Shown: one piece after another, positions 29,290 to 39,611 of the stretch
Position numbering within the stretch: position 1 is the first letter of the stretch
Layout: each line of letters starts with the position of its first letter
NCBI GenBank assembly: GCA_963744995.1
Contig: CAVUWA010000002.1
Span: forward strand, 224,001-288,000
Length of the DNA: 64,000 bases
Source of the DNA: Candidatus Eiseniibacteriota bacterium
Lineage (GTDB): Bacteria > Eisenbacteria > RBG-16-71-46
Direction of reading: 5' to 3'
The notes under the pieces: generated by a model
What the model saw: the letters and a program-made list of their open reading frames with translations, nothing else
What the model was told of the DNA's origin: nothing
The model's database searches: none
Made by a program: the position numbers and the translations under genes

Positions 29290-29560
29290 TCACCTTTCAC
29301 CGCGGCGCAGCGGCGGCTCCGCAGGTTCGCCCGCGCCGTCCGCAACGCCGTCGTCCGCAAGCCACTACATCGCCGACTCCACATATCGGAACGCACGGGC
29401 CCTGGCACGCGGCGTCTCGCGGAGGACTTCGAACATGCGCACCAGACCGAACTCCAGGACCCGGGAGATGACGAACGCGGTACGCAAGTCGTCGGGCGGC
29501 GAGCGGCGCTTCGCAAACGACGCCAGTTCGCGCAGCTCGGCGCCGGGGACAGTCAACGGC
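29290..29560 (-). pseudogene. Remnant of a STAS/SEC14 (SpoIIAA-like) small protein
   Basis: ELRELA...RTAFVISRVLEFGLVRMFEVL...RAF..VESAM*WL, with an internal TAG and no N-terminus. Confidence 0.5.
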
Positions 29561-29612
29561 GGCCTCGAGCCCCCCTGCGTCGGAACGCCGTTTCAGCTCA
29601 TGGACTCCCGCA

Positions 29613-31041
29613 TCAGGGCATCGAATCGCGCGGCGCTCCGGTCGCGACCGGCCCCCACCAGTCGGCCGGGCCGTCCCTCCGTCCGGGCGCACCTGCCGCA
29701 GCGGTGAACAACGCCGCCTGCGGGTTGGAGGTCGTGCCGCCGTGGCGGAAGCGCACGCCCCACCAGCGCGTGCCGAGCGAATCGCGATGGACGAAGGCGC
29801 CGGGGCCGACGACCATCGAATCCGGGATGACCAGACGCCCTTCGAAGTAGGGCACCGGACGCTGCATCCACAGCAGGCGGGTGCGCAGCTGCGGCACGTA
29901 GCGGCGAAAGTAGAACAGGCTGTGGGTGTCGCCACAGAACAGGATGTCGCCGGGCCGGATCCGAGGCTCGATCGCGGCGCGCAGCCGCGCGTAGGTCGCG
30001 GCCTCCGGGAACGGTCCGGCGAGCCACATCGAGCGCGCGCCGAACAGCAGCACGATCGCAGCGGTCGCCCAGCGCGCCCAGGCCGGCCGTAGCGCCACGA
30101 CGCCACCTGCCACGAGCGCGCAGAACACCGGCAGCGTGAAGTACATGTAGCGCACCGCGAACAGGTGCGCGCCGGCCAGCGTCGCGGCGTAGGACACGAG
30201 CACCGGGCCGGTGGCGGCGATCCAGAGCAGCAGCGCGGGCCGCCGCTGTGCGCCGCGCAGGAGCGGCGCGACCGCCAGCACTCCGAACACCGGGATCATG
30301 TAGCCGGCGCCGTAGCTCAGATGACGCACCAGGTTGACGACCTGTCCCACGTGCGGCGGCTTGATCCAGTGCTGGTGCTCGAGACGCGCGTTCTGCTGGA
30401 GGAACACCGGCAGCTGCGGCAGGAACAGCACCGCGATCGCCGCATGCAGGCCGGCCCATGCGAGCCAGCGGCGCGGTGTCGCGCGCAGCGCCAGCAGCCC
30501 GGCGAGACCGGTGAACGCCAGCACCAGCCCGGCGAAATAGTGCGTGTAGAGCGCGAGCGTCCACGCCAGCCAGGTAACCCGCCGCGGCCCACGGCCGCGC
30601 GTCCTTGAGCCAGCGCCACGCGAACCACCATCCCCACACGAACAGCATCCAGAGCAGGGGATACGAGCGCACCTCCTGCGAGAAGTGCACATGCTGGGGG
30701 TGGATCGCCAGCATCGCTGCGGCAAGCAGTCCCGCGCCGCGGCCGAACATGTCGCGGGCGAGCAGGAACGTGCCGGCCACGGCCAGCGCGCCGAACGCGA
30801 CCGACGGCAGCCGGAGCCACAGGTCGGAGCCGCCCCCGAGGGCGTACCAGATCGCCACGAACGCGTTGTGCAGCGGCGGATGGACGTCCAGGCGCGCGAC
30901 CGCGAAGGCGCGGGCGAGTCCCTGATCCGCGGTGCGCAGCGTGTAGATCTCGTCCATCCACATCGGCGCGCGCAGGGCTTCGCGGATGGCGAGCAGAATG
31001 GCAACGGCCAGGATCGGCAGCAGCCAGGGGAAGCGCTTCAT
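29613..31041 (-). CDS. Glycosyltransferase family 39 / PMT-like membrane protein, frameshifted near 30570
   Basis: WMDEIYT, DVHPPL, LRLPSV, SQEVRSY in one frame, then ALYTHYF and the remainder in another. Confidence 0.85.
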
Positions 31042-31291
31042 GCCGGCGGGTCCTGCGCTTCACGCCCGACCCGCGTCATGACGCCCATCACGAAGCGCAC
31101 CGTGACGCGCTCGCCCGGGCGGAGGTCCGCGGCGCAATCGGAGGCCGGCACGCGGCCGACGCGCGGTGGCCGCGTCCGGCGGCCTCGCCGTCGATCGCGA
31201 CCCGCACGTCCACGTAGCGGTCGCCGTGGATGTCGACGGTCTGCGCATACAGCACCTCTCCGGCGCGGGTCTGCGGAAGCAGCAGGCTCAT
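31038..31291 (-). CDS. Small hypothetical (OB-fold-like) protein, frameshifted near 31170
   Basis: MSLLLPQTRAGEVLYAQTVDIHGDRYVDVRV continues in another frame as GRVPASDC..DLRPGERVTVRFVMGVMTRV. Stop overlaps the GT39 start. Confidence 0.55.
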
Positions 31292-31365
31292 GCGCGCAGC
31301 ATCCGCGCACCGCCGGGCGCGGTCAAGGCCGCAACTCGCCCTGCGACACCTGCGTAGCCTATGGT

Positions 31366-32196
31366 ATGGCCATGCCACATGGTTCGATGATCTGCCCGCA
31401 GTGCGGCAAGCTGATCGGGGTCGACGAGGAGAAGTGTCCGTTCTGCGGCGCATGGCGTCCGGGCATGTTCGGCATCACGCCGCGAATGCAGAAGCTGTTC
31501 GGACGGCACCTGGACGTGATCGGCGCGATCACGATCGCCTGCGTCGCGCTGTACGTCGTGGCGTTGCTGCTGCAGCCGTCGGCGATCTTCCAGATGCGCG
31601 GGATCTTTTCGATCCTGTCGCCCGGCGGGCGCGCGCTCTACCAGCTCGGGATGACCAGCGGCGCGGTGTGGCATGAAGGCTGGTGGTGGACGCTGCTCAC
31701 CGCGCAGTACCTGCATGGCGGCCTCCTGCACATCTTCTTCAACGTGATGTGGATCCGCTACCTCGGCCCCGAGGTGGAGGACGCCTGGGGACCGGCGCGG
31801 GCCTTCGTGGTCTTCAACGTCGCCGGCGTCGTCGGGTTCGTGCTCTCGGACGTGATCTCCGGCGCGCCGACGATCGGCGCCTCGGGCGCGATCTTCGGGA
31901 TGCTCGCGGCGCTGATCGTCTACTACCGGCGGCGGGGTATCGGCCACATGAGCGTGCGACTCTGGCAGTGGGCGCTGATCATGTTCGCCTTCGGGTTCTT
32001 CATGTCGGAGGTGAACAACTGGGCGCATGCGGGTGGCTTCGCGGGCGGCTGGATCGCGGCGAGCCTGATGCGGCCCGCGGACGAGAAGCGCGAGGGTCGC
32101 GGCGTGCAGCTGCTCGCGCTGGCGCTGATCGCGGCGACGGTGCTCGGCTTCGTGCTGTCGTTCTGGAAGGTCACGAGGATGCTGCTCATCCGCTGA
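31366..32196 (+). CDS. Rhomboid intramembrane serine protease with N-terminal zinc ribbon
   Basis: CPQC..CPFC, LHGGLLHIFFN, GASGAIFG, NWAHAGG. Confidence 0.93.
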   Translation: MAMPHGSMICPQCGKLIGVDEEKCPFCGAWRPGMFGITPRMQKLFGRHLDVIGAITIACVALYVVALLLQPSAIFQMRGIFSILSPGGRALYQLGMTSGAVWHEGWWWTLLTAQYLHGGLLHIFFNVMWIRYLGPEVEDAWGPARAFVVFNVAGVVGFVLSDVISGAPTIGASGAIFGMLAALIVYYRRRGIGHMSVRLWQWALIMFAFGFFMSEVNNWAHAGGFAGGWIAASLMRPADEKREGRGVQLLALALIAATVLGFVLSFWKVTRMLLIR

Positions 32197-32235
32197 GGCG
32201 TTTCACCGTGGACGTGCGCAGCTTGCCGCCGCGCC

Positions 32236-32793
32236 TCAGCCCTGCGGCCCGCCCGCCTGCTGCGGCTGCAGATCGCCGCGGCGCAGGTGTTCGGCCAGAC
32301 GCAGGCGATGGTCGCGTTGCAGCAGGACGGGATAGAAGTTCATGGGGACGTCGAGCCCCGCGAGCCACGCCGCCGACGCGGAATCGCCGCGCACGAGCGA
32401 AGCCACCGCGAACGCGAGGATGATTCCGAATGCCACCAGATGCCCGGCCTCGGCCGCGCGCGTCTCGTGCTCGATGCGCTCCGCGTCGCCCGCGTGCCAG
32501 GCCTCCGGCAGTGCGCGGTTGAACACCGCGAGCGGTCCGCGCCGGACCAGCGCGCGGAACAGCGGCACCCCGAGGGCCTGGTAGAAGCGGCCGCTCCGTT
32601 CCCAGGCGCGCAACGAGAAGTAGCCTTCGAGGCGCGGCAGACCCCGCAGCGGCAGCACGAACGAAGACCACCCGACCACGGCCAGGTTGGCGAGCGCGGC
32701 GCGCACGAACGCGCCCTGCCCGCGATCCCCCGCCAGGTAGATCAGAATCGCCGCGACGAGGAGGCTCGCCGCGGCGAAGGCCAGATGTCGCAT
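32236..32793 (-). CDS. CrtO-like (glycosyl-4,4'-diaponeurosporenoate acyltransferase family) membrane protein
   Basis: GGAGG RBS, WE..GRFY..LGV..FR, ETRAAEAGH, NFYPVLLQR..RLRL. Confidence 0.7.
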   Translation of the reverse strand: MRHLAFAAASLLVAAILIYLAGDRGQGAFVRAALANLAVVGWSSFVLPLRGLPRLEGYFSLRAWERSGRFYQALGVPLFRALVRRGPLAVFNRALPEAWHAGDAERIEHETRAAEAGHLVAFGIILAFAVASLVRGDSASAAWLAGLDVPMNFYPVLLQRDHRLRLAEHLRRGDLQPQQAGGPQG

Positions 32794-32914
32794 GGCCCTC
32801 CTCCGCCCGCGGCGCGCCGGGGGCATCCGGCACGCCGGCCGGCGTGATCATGGCACAACTCCTTCGCAGGGAGGCGGGCAACAGTGACGACCGGTGCCCG
32901 CCATGGCGGCCCAC

Positions 32915-32947
32915 CGACCGTTCATCGGGTCCGATCGACCGTTCGGC
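32915..32947 (+). promoter_or_regulatory. Tandem LytTR (AlgR-type) binding boxes
   Basis: CGACCGTTC at 32915 and 32936 (21-bp period), upstream of an operon encoding a LytTR regulator. Confidence 0.75.
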
Positions 32948-33032
32948 GGACGGCCCTTCCCGCCCGCGTACACGGCCCCGATGCTGACTCCGTCGCCGGC
33001 GCCAATGGGGGCGCGGCGTCCGGAGATCGAAC

Positions 33033-34130
33033 GTGAAGGCCACCGACATGCCTCCCCTCGCGCGCAGCAGCGCCCGCGCCGAGTTCCTGCGACTGCTGTG
33101 GCGGCAGGCCCTGTGGGCGTTGCCGTTCGCCGTCTTCTTCTGGGCCATGTACACGCAGTGGACCCTCGAGGGCTTCTGGATCACCCTGAAGGTCTCGCTG
33201 GTCTTCTCGTACCTGGTCGGCCTCGCCGTGTGGCTGGCGGCCCGGCTCGTGGTGGCCCGGCTGCGGCGCCGCACGGGCATCGGCGGCGCGCGCGTGGCGA
33301 TCGAGACGGCGACCTACACCTCGGCGGCGCTGGTCGGCGCCTACGCCGCCGCGGCGTTGATCCACTTCTGGATCCTGCCCGGCTTCCTCGGCAGCACGCG
33401 TGCGGTCGTCGTGAACGGGCTCTTCACGCTGCTGTTCGCGGCCCTGTTCGGCGGCATCGGCTACGCGATGCACTTCTACCGCGAGTCGTTGCGCCGCGCG
33501 CAGGCGGTCGAGACCATGCGCGCCGAACTCGCGCGCGCGGAGCTGCGCGCGCTGCGCGCCCAGCTCCATCCGCACTTCCTGTTCAACACCCTCAACTCGA
33601 TCGCGTCGCTGATCGCCGTCAATCCGGCCGAGGCCGAGGACACCACGACGCGCCTCGCCGAAATCTTCCGCTACGTGCTCACCGCCTCGCGCCGCGACAC
33701 CGTTCCGCTCGAGGGCGAGCTGGCGTTCCTGCGCGACGTGCTGCAGATCGAACACGTGCGTTTCGGCGACCGCCTGCGCTGGGAGGAGTCGATCGAGCCC
33801 GGACTCGAAGCCGTCCCGGTCCCCGGCCTGCTGTTGCAGCCGATCGTCGAGAACGCCGTGAAGTACGGAATCTCGAGCCGGCCCGAGGGCGGCACGGTGG
33901 CGATCGCCGCACGCCGCGAGCATGGCGACCTCGTGCTGGAGGTGAGCGACGACGGACCCGGCATGGACGCATCGGAGGTTCCGCCGGGCACCGGGTTCGG
34001 GCTTGCTTCCGTGCGCGATCGGCTGCGCGCCGCCGGTCTGCCGGACGCGCTCGAAATCGAAGCCGTTCCCGGCCGCGGCACCCGTGTCCGCATCCGCCTC
34101 CCCATGGAACCGAACGTCCACCCCTCGTGA
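33033..34130 (+). CDS. LytS/YehU-family sensor histidine kinase
   Basis: 4 TM, ALRAQLHPHFLFNTLNSI, LQPIVENAVKYG, DDGPG, GFGL. Confidence 0.95.
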   Translation: MKATDMPPLARSSARAEFLRLLWRQALWALPFAVFFWAMYTQWTLEGFWITLKVSLVFSYLVGLAVWLAARLVVARLRRRTGIGGARVAIETATYTSAALVGAYAAAALIHFWILPGFLGSTRAVVVNGLFTLLFAALFGGIGYAMHFYRESLRRAQAVETMRAELARAELRALRAQLHPHFLFNTLNSIASLIAVNPAEAEDTTTRLAEIFRYVLTASRRDTVPLEGELAFLRDVLQIEHVRFGDRLRWEESIEPGLEAVPVPGLLLQPIVENAVKYGISSRPEGGTVAIAARREHGDLVLEVSDDGPGMDASEVPPGTGFGLASVRDRLRAAGLPDALEIEAVPGRGTRVRIRLPMEPNVHPS

Positions 34131-34141
34131 GGAGCTTCGAC

Positions 34142-34978
34142 ATGAATACCCGCGTGCTTTCGCCTGCCGCCGTCCTCGCCGCGCTTCTGCTCGCCCCGTC
34201 CGCTCAAACGGCACACGCCGCGGATGCCGCTCCCGGCGCCGGCGTCGCGGCGGCGGCGGCCGACACGGGGAATGACTCACGCACCGCCGCGCTCGAAGCG
34301 CTCGCCGCCGGAGTCACCGCGGGCGATGCCCGCGCGATCCTCGCGGCGCGCGCGAATCTTGCCGCGATGGCGGCGGGATCAGCCGATGACGCCTCGCTGC
34401 AATACTGGCTCGCAGTCGCCGACTGGCGCGCCGTGCCTCTGATGGCGGGCGACGACAAGGGCAAGAAGGCGGCGCAGCGCCAATGCGAGGCCGGGCTGGC
34501 GGCCGCCGAGCGCGCGACGCAGCTGGCTCCGTCCGACGCCGAAGCGATCGCGCTGCACGCCGGCCTCGAGGGCCTGTCGCTGAGCTTCAAGAATCCGATG
34601 GCGGCCATGACGCTCGGTCCGAAGATGGAAGAGGAAATGCAGAAGGCCCTCACGCTCGCGCCGAACAACCCGCGGGTGATGCTGCTCGACGCGATCAACA
34701 CGTTCCACAAGCCCGCGTTCGTGGGCGGCGGGGCGAAGAATGCGCGCGAGAAGCTCGAGAAGGCTCGCGCGGCGTTCGAGGCCGAGCCGACGACGCCCGA
34801 ACACTGGGGCCACGACGACGTCTATGTCTGGCTCGGGCGGGCCGCGATGGAGCTCGACGACTGGACCGCCGCGGAGACATGGCTGGAGAAGGCGCTCGAA
34901 GTGAGCCCCGGTCACGCCTGGGTCGGGAAGGTGCTGCTGCCGAAGGTCCGCGAGCAGCTCGCGAAGCAGGCGGGGTGA
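34142..34978 (+). CDS. Exported TPR protein
   Basis: GAGGAG RBS, signal peptide ending AHA, TPRs with PNNPR and PAFVGGG motifs. Confidence 0.8.
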   Translation: MNTRVLSPAAVLAALLLAPSAQTAHAADAAPGAGVAAAAADTGNDSRTAALEALAAGVTAGDARAILAARANLAAMAAGSADDASLQYWLAVADWRAVPLMAGDDKGKKAAQRQCEAGLAAAERATQLAPSDAEAIALHAGLEGLSLSFKNPMAAMTLGPKMEEEMQKALTLAPNNPRVMLLDAINTFHKPAFVGGGAKNAREKLEKARAAFEAEPTTPEHWGHDDVYVWLGRAAMELDDWTAAETWLEKALEVSPGHAWVGKVLLPKVREQLAKQAG

Positions 34979-37209
34979 ACGCGGTGCGCCGTTCGCTGGG
35001 TCGGGCCGCCGGGCTGCTCGGGGCGTGCGTGGCATGCGTCGCGCTGTTCGTGCCCGCCATGGCGTCCGCAGCCACGGTCACCGGTGTCGTGGTGGACCGC
35101 CGCGGCGCACCGGTGGAGTATGCCACCGTCGGCGTGCCGGCATTGAAGCGTGGCGCCGTGACCGGCGTCGACGGCCGCTTCACCCTGACTCTGCCCGACG
35201 GTGACTTCGAGCTGCTGATCCAGCAGATCGGCTACGAGCAGCGCAGGGTGCGCGTGGACGCGGGCTCGGCCCTCGCGCCGCTGCGGATCGTGCTGGCCGA
35301 AGCGCCCGTGCCGGTCGCTCAGGTCAACGTCTCGGCTTCTTCGTTCGGCAAGGCGGGCGAGAGCGAAGGCGCGGTCGTGCGGCGGATGGACATCTACACG
35401 ACGCCGGGCGGCGCCGCGGACATCTTCCAGGCGCTGCGCGCGCTGCCCGGGATCAACGCCCCCAACGAGGGCGCCGCACTGTACGTGCGCGGCGGCGACC
35501 CGAGCGAGACGGTGGTGCGGCTCGACGGCGGCACGATCGGCCACCCGTATCACTTCGAGGGCGCGTCGGGCGGGCTGTTCTCCGCGCTCGACACCTACAT
35601 GCTGAAGAGCGCGTTCTTCTCGAGCGGCGGGTTCCCAGCGAAGTACGGCGGCGCGCTGTCCGGCGTGCTCGACGTCGAAACGCAGGATCCGCTCAACCTG
35701 CGCACGGTGTCGCTCGGCGCGAACCTGGCGGGCGGCAGCGCATCGGCGACGTGGGCGCTGATCCCGGACCGGCTGTCGACGATCGGCAGCTATCGCCGCA
35801 CGCAGCCCGAAATCCTGTTCAGGCTGTTCGGCTCCGCCAGCGACTACGAGTCGACCCCGACCAGCCACGACCTCATGGAACGGCTGCAGTACCGCTACTC
35901 CGGTTCCGGGCGCACGGCGCTGACGTGGGTCGAGTCCGGCAGCGACGCGCGGCTCACGGTGAACCACCTCAATACCTCCGATCGTGCCGCGCAGTCGTCG
36001 CGCAACCGCAGCGTCGCATGGAACCTCAAGGATGTCGTGCTCGGCCGGATCGCGCTGCGCATGCAGGCCTCCTACCAGCGCTACGAGCGCGACCTCGAGC
36101 TCGGCCCCGAGCGGCTGGCGCGCCGCGAGCACAACACGCAGCTCAACGCCGACGCGGTCTGGCCGCTGGGGTCGCGTCACGAGCTGTCGTTCGGCGCGAA
36201 CCTCGAGCACTTCGACACCGGATACGCGGGAGTCGCCGTCGACGACAGCACCGACTTCGGCGACGGCGCGCCGCTGCGCACGCTCGATGTACGCGCACGC
36301 GTCGCCTACCCGGGAATCTATGCCGAGGACAAGGTCCGGCTGATCGGAGCGCTCTACGCGACGATCGGCGGCCGGCTCGACCGGGCGTCCCGACCCGGCG
36401 TGTGGACCGCCGATCCGCGCGCCGCGCTCGCGCTCAGGATCGGCGAACACCAGACGCTGCGCGTCGCCACCGGCCGCTACCATCAGCTCGCCGACCCTGC
36501 GCGCATGGATCCGATCTACGGGAATCCGGCGCTTCGCCCACTCGAGGCCGACCACGTGATCGCCGGTTACGAGTGGAACTCCGAGTTCGGCACGGTGCGC
36601 GTCGAGGGGTTCCGCAAGGACTACCACGGCCTCGTCGCGCAGGACGCCGCCACGTTCTACTCCAACGATGGCTACGGCTACGCGCGCGGCGTGGACGTGT
36701 TCGTCCAGGGCACGTACGAGCGTCTCTCCGGCTGGCTGTCGTACGGTTATCTCGACTCGAAACGCAAGGAGGGCGACGATCCGCGCGAGTTGCCGTCGTC
36801 CTACGGCGTGCCGCACGCCCTGACGCTGGTCGGCAAGTACCAGGCGACGTCGAAGTGGCAGGTCGGCGCGAAGCTGAACGTCACGAGCGGACGGCCGTGG
36901 ACGCCGGTCGTGGGGGCGACCTACGATGCGGCCCGCGACCTGTGGCGGCCGATCTATGCCGAGAACAACTCGGCGCGGCTGCCGGCGTACCACCGGCTCG
37001 ACGTGCGGCTGATGCGGCTGTTCTCGCTGCCCGCGACCGGCGGCATTCCGGAGAGCAGCGTGTGCGTGTTCTACATCGAGGCGCTCAACGTGCTCGATAC
37101 GCGAAACGTGCTCGACGTCGTCTACAACGAGGACTACACCGTGGCGCGGAAGACCGAATCGTACTTCGGGAGGCGGCTGCTGGTGGCCGGCCTGGGACTG
37201 ACGTGGTAG
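34975..37209 (+). CDS. TonB-dependent receptor with carboxypeptidase-regulatory-like N-domain
   Basis: GTG overlaps the upstream stop. VTGVVVD..GAPVEYATV, LYVRGG, GGFPAKYGGALSGVL, RLPAYHRLD. Confidence 0.92.
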   Translation: MNAVRRSLGRAAGLLGACVACVALFVPAMASAATVTGVVVDRRGAPVEYATVGVPALKRGAVTGVDGRFTLTLPDGDFELLIQQIGYEQRRVRVDAGSALAPLRIVLAEAPVPVAQVNVSASSFGKAGESEGAVVRRMDIYTTPGGAADIFQALRALPGINAPNEGAALYVRGGDPSETVVRLDGGTIGHPYHFEGASGGLFSALDTYMLKSAFFSSGGFPAKYGGALSGVLDVETQDPLNLRTVSLGANLAGGSASATWALIPDRLSTIGSYRRTQPEILFRLFGSASDYESTPTSHDLMERLQYRYSGSGRTALTWVESGSDARLTVNHLNTSDRAAQSSRNRSVAWNLKDVVLGRIALRMQASYQRYERDLELGPERLARREHNTQLNADAVWPLGSRHELSFGANLEHFDTGYAGVAVDDSTDFGDGAPLRTLDVRARVAYPGIYAEDKVRLIGALYATIGGRLDRASRPGVWTADPRAALALRIGEHQTLRVATGRYHQLADPARMDPIYGNPALRPLEADHVIAGYEWNSEFGTVRVEGFRKDYHGLVAQDAATFYSNDGYGYARGVDVFVQGTYERLSGWLSYGYLDSKRKEGDDPRELPSSYGVPHALTLVGKYQATSKWQVGAKLNVTSGRPWTPVVGATYDAARDLWRPIYAENNSARLPAYHRLDVRLMRLFSLPATGGIPESSVCVFYIEALNVLDTRNVLDVVYNEDYTVARKTESYFGRRLLVAGLGLTW

Positions 37210-37219
37210 GAGGGGTGCG

Positions 37220-37990
37220 GTGAGCGCGAGCGATCTGCGGGTGCTGATCGTCGACGACGAACCGCTGGCCCGCGCCCGGGCACGGCGGCTGCTCGATCAG
37301 GGCGGCGGCGTGACCGTGGTCGGCGAAGCCGGGAGTGTCGCGGAGGCGCGGACGCGTCTCGCCGAGGGCGGCGTGGACCTGATCCTGCTCGACGTGCAGC
37401 TGCCGGGCGAGAACGGCTTCGCGCTGCTCGAGGGTCTCGCGCCGCGTCCGGCCGTGGTGTTCGTCACGGCATTCGACCAGTATGCGGTGCGGGCGTTCGA
37501 GGAGAACGCGACCGACTACCTGCTGAAGCCGTTCCGGGCCGAGCGGCTCGCGCAGGCCCTCGAGCGTGTTCGCAGCGACCTGCGGAAGCCGGACGAGATG
37601 TCGCGGCGGCTCGAGCGCCTGATCGCGGACCTCGGCCGCGCACAGGCCCCCGACGTGCTCGATCGTTTCACGGTGCGGGTCGGGCAGCGGCAGAAGATCG
37701 TGCGCGCGGACGAGGTGCTGTGGTTCGGAGCCGAGGACAAGCTCGTGTTCGCCGCCACCGCCGCCGACCGCCACTACGTGAACTTCACCCTCGACGAGCT
37801 CGAACGGAAGCTCGACCCGCGCAGGTTCCAGCGCGTGCATCGCAGCGCGATCGCGAACCTCGATCACGCGCGCGAGCTCAGGCCCGGCTTCGCCGGCACC
37901 TGGCGGCTGCTGCTCGACGACACCGCGCACACCGAACTGCCGGTGAGCCGGCAGCGGGCGAGGAAGCTGAAGGAGCGGCTCGGGGCGTGA
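37220..37990 (+). CDS. LytTR-family response regulator
   Basis: IVDDEPLAR, LLDVQLPG, FVTAFDQYA, DYLLKP, FQRVHRSAIAN, LPVSR. Confidence 0.96.
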   Translation: MSASDLRVLIVDDEPLARARARRLLDQGGGVTVVGEAGSVAEARTRLAEGGVDLILLDVQLPGENGFALLEGLAPRPAVVFVTAFDQYAVRAFEENATDYLLKPFRAERLAQALERVRSDLRKPDEMSRRLERLIADLGRAQAPDVLDRFTVRVGQRQKIVRADEVLWFGAEDKLVFAATAADRHYVNFTLDELERKLDPRRFQRVHRSAIANLDHARELRPGFAGTWRLLLDDTAHTELPVSRQRARKLKERLGA

Positions 37991-38053
37991 GGCACGCCGC
38001 CCACCGCGGCCGCGCGAGCGGCGGACGGATGCCCGGCCCGCGCGCCGGGCGCG

Positions 38054-38641
38054 CTACTTCTTCTTCCGCACCGAGGGCAGCGTCTGCGGCAGCCGCTCCC
38101 GCGCGGCCGAGCATGCCACCAGGACGCCAAATCGTCGGAGCCGCGTTTCCTCCCGTTTCGCCGACAGCACCCAGTGCAGGGCGATCCGCCGGTATCCGGG
38201 CGGCTGCGCTTCGAAATACGCCCACGCGCGCCGCTGCGCCGCGAAGCGCCGGCGCCACGAGGCCGGCAGGGACTCTCTCGCCGACTCGTACGAGTACTCG
38301 ACCGGATGCCGCTCGCGCCGCCGGTCGAACGCGGCGCGGCCGGGCGGCGTCATACGCCCGCCGGCGATCAGGGCGCGAGCGCGGGCCGCGTTGACCCGGC
38401 TCCACTTGCTGCCCGGACGGCGCGGCGTGAAGCGGATCACGTAGCTCGTGTCATCGAGCCGGCGGCGCACACCGTCGATCCAGCCGAAGCAGAGCGCCTC
38501 GTCGAGCGCCTCGGAATAGGTGATCCCGCCCCTGCCGCTGTCCTTGCGACGGAAGCCGAACCACGCCTCGCCGGTGCCGGCGTGATGCGCCTCGAGCCAG
38601 CGGCGGCAGGCCGCCGCCGACTCGAAGAAATGCGGTCTCAC
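38054..38641 (-). CDS. YdeI/OmpD-associated family protein
   Basis: WLEAHH, EALCFGWIDG, RFTPRRPGSKWS..N, SAKREETR.RR. Confidence 0.9.
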   Translation of the reverse strand: MRPHFFESAAACRRWLEAHHAGTGEAWFGFRRKDSGRGGITYSEALDEALCFGWIDGVRRRLDDTSYVIRFTPRRPGSKWSRVNAARARALIAGGRMTPPGRAAFDRRRERHPVEYSYESARESLPASWRRRFAAQRRAWAYFEAQPPGYRRIALHWVLSAKREETRLRRFGVLVACSAARERLPQTLPSVRKKK

Positions 38642-38652
38642 GGCGGCGAGGC

Positions 38653-39610
38653 TCAGCTCTTCTGCGGCTGCTCGAGCTGAATGTGCTTCGCGTTCGCCGC
38701 GGCCCACTGCTCGAACGTCTGCAGCCCCGGGTAGAGTGAGCGCGAGAAGTCGAGGTCGCGGGACGCGCAGAACTCCTTCTCGAATTCGGCGTAGTACTGG
38801 AACATGTTGCCGATGTCGTCGGCGCCCGGGAAGCCGAACGAGCGGTAGACGTCGGGCGGCACGGCGTTGTAACGAACCTCGATGCCCAGCGCCCTGCCGA
38901 GGCCCGCGGCCATCTCGGCACCGGTCAGATGCCCGCCGGCGATGCCCACCGATTTGCCGATCAGGGCGTCGCCCTTCTTGAAGATTCCAAACGCGCACGG
39001 GCCGATGTCTTCGGAGGCGATGCCGGGGAGCTTCTTGTCGCCGAGCGGCAGCGTGATCGCATAGACGCCGTCCTCCTCCTTCTTCGGTCCCATGCCGGAG
39101 CCGAGGAGGTTGTTCCAGTAGAACGTGGTGTAGAGGAACGTCACCGGCAGGCCCTCGAACGCCGGGTGCGCCTCGGCCTTGGCGTCGAAGTGCGGCACCT
39201 TGTACCTGCCCTGCAGCGTCGGCATGCGGTCGTCCGACGAGCGGCACACGCTCGCGCGTGTCGTCGAGCGTGGACCAGATCACGTGCTTCGCGCCCGCGG
39301 CCTTCGCGGCTTCGGCGATGTTGCGGCCCTGCTGCGTCTCGCGCTCGGGCGACATGTGCTCCCAGAAGTTGGTGACGCCGTACACGCCATACGCGCCGGT
39401 AAACGCCCGCTCGAGGCTCGCCACGTCGTCCGTGTCGCCGGCGACGACCTCGGCGCCGGCCGCGGCAAGCGCCTTGCCCTTTTCGCCGTCCGGATGACGC
39501 GTGATCGCGCGCACCTTGAAGTCCGAGCCCTGGTCGGCGAGCGCCGCGCGCACCAGGCCGCCGCCCTGTGCGCCCGTGGCGCCGAGTACCGCGATGATCC
39601 GATCCGCCAT
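38653..39610 (-). CDS. NmrA/HSCARG-family NAD(P)-binding protein, frameshifted near 39240
   Basis: IAVLGATGAQGG, VTNFWEH, IWSTL in one frame. RMPTLQGRYKVPHFDAK onward in another. Confidence 0.9.
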
Positions 39611-39611
39611 T

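Noticed and set aside
29365..29367. In-frame TAG as pyrrolysine
   Set aside because: It lies in an already truncated remnant with no pyl context, so a nonsense mutation is simpler.
38054..39610. NmrA-YdeI fusion ORF (518 aa)
   Set aside because: Artifact of the NmrA frameshift. The true NmrA C-terminus ends at 38653 and YdeI starts separately.
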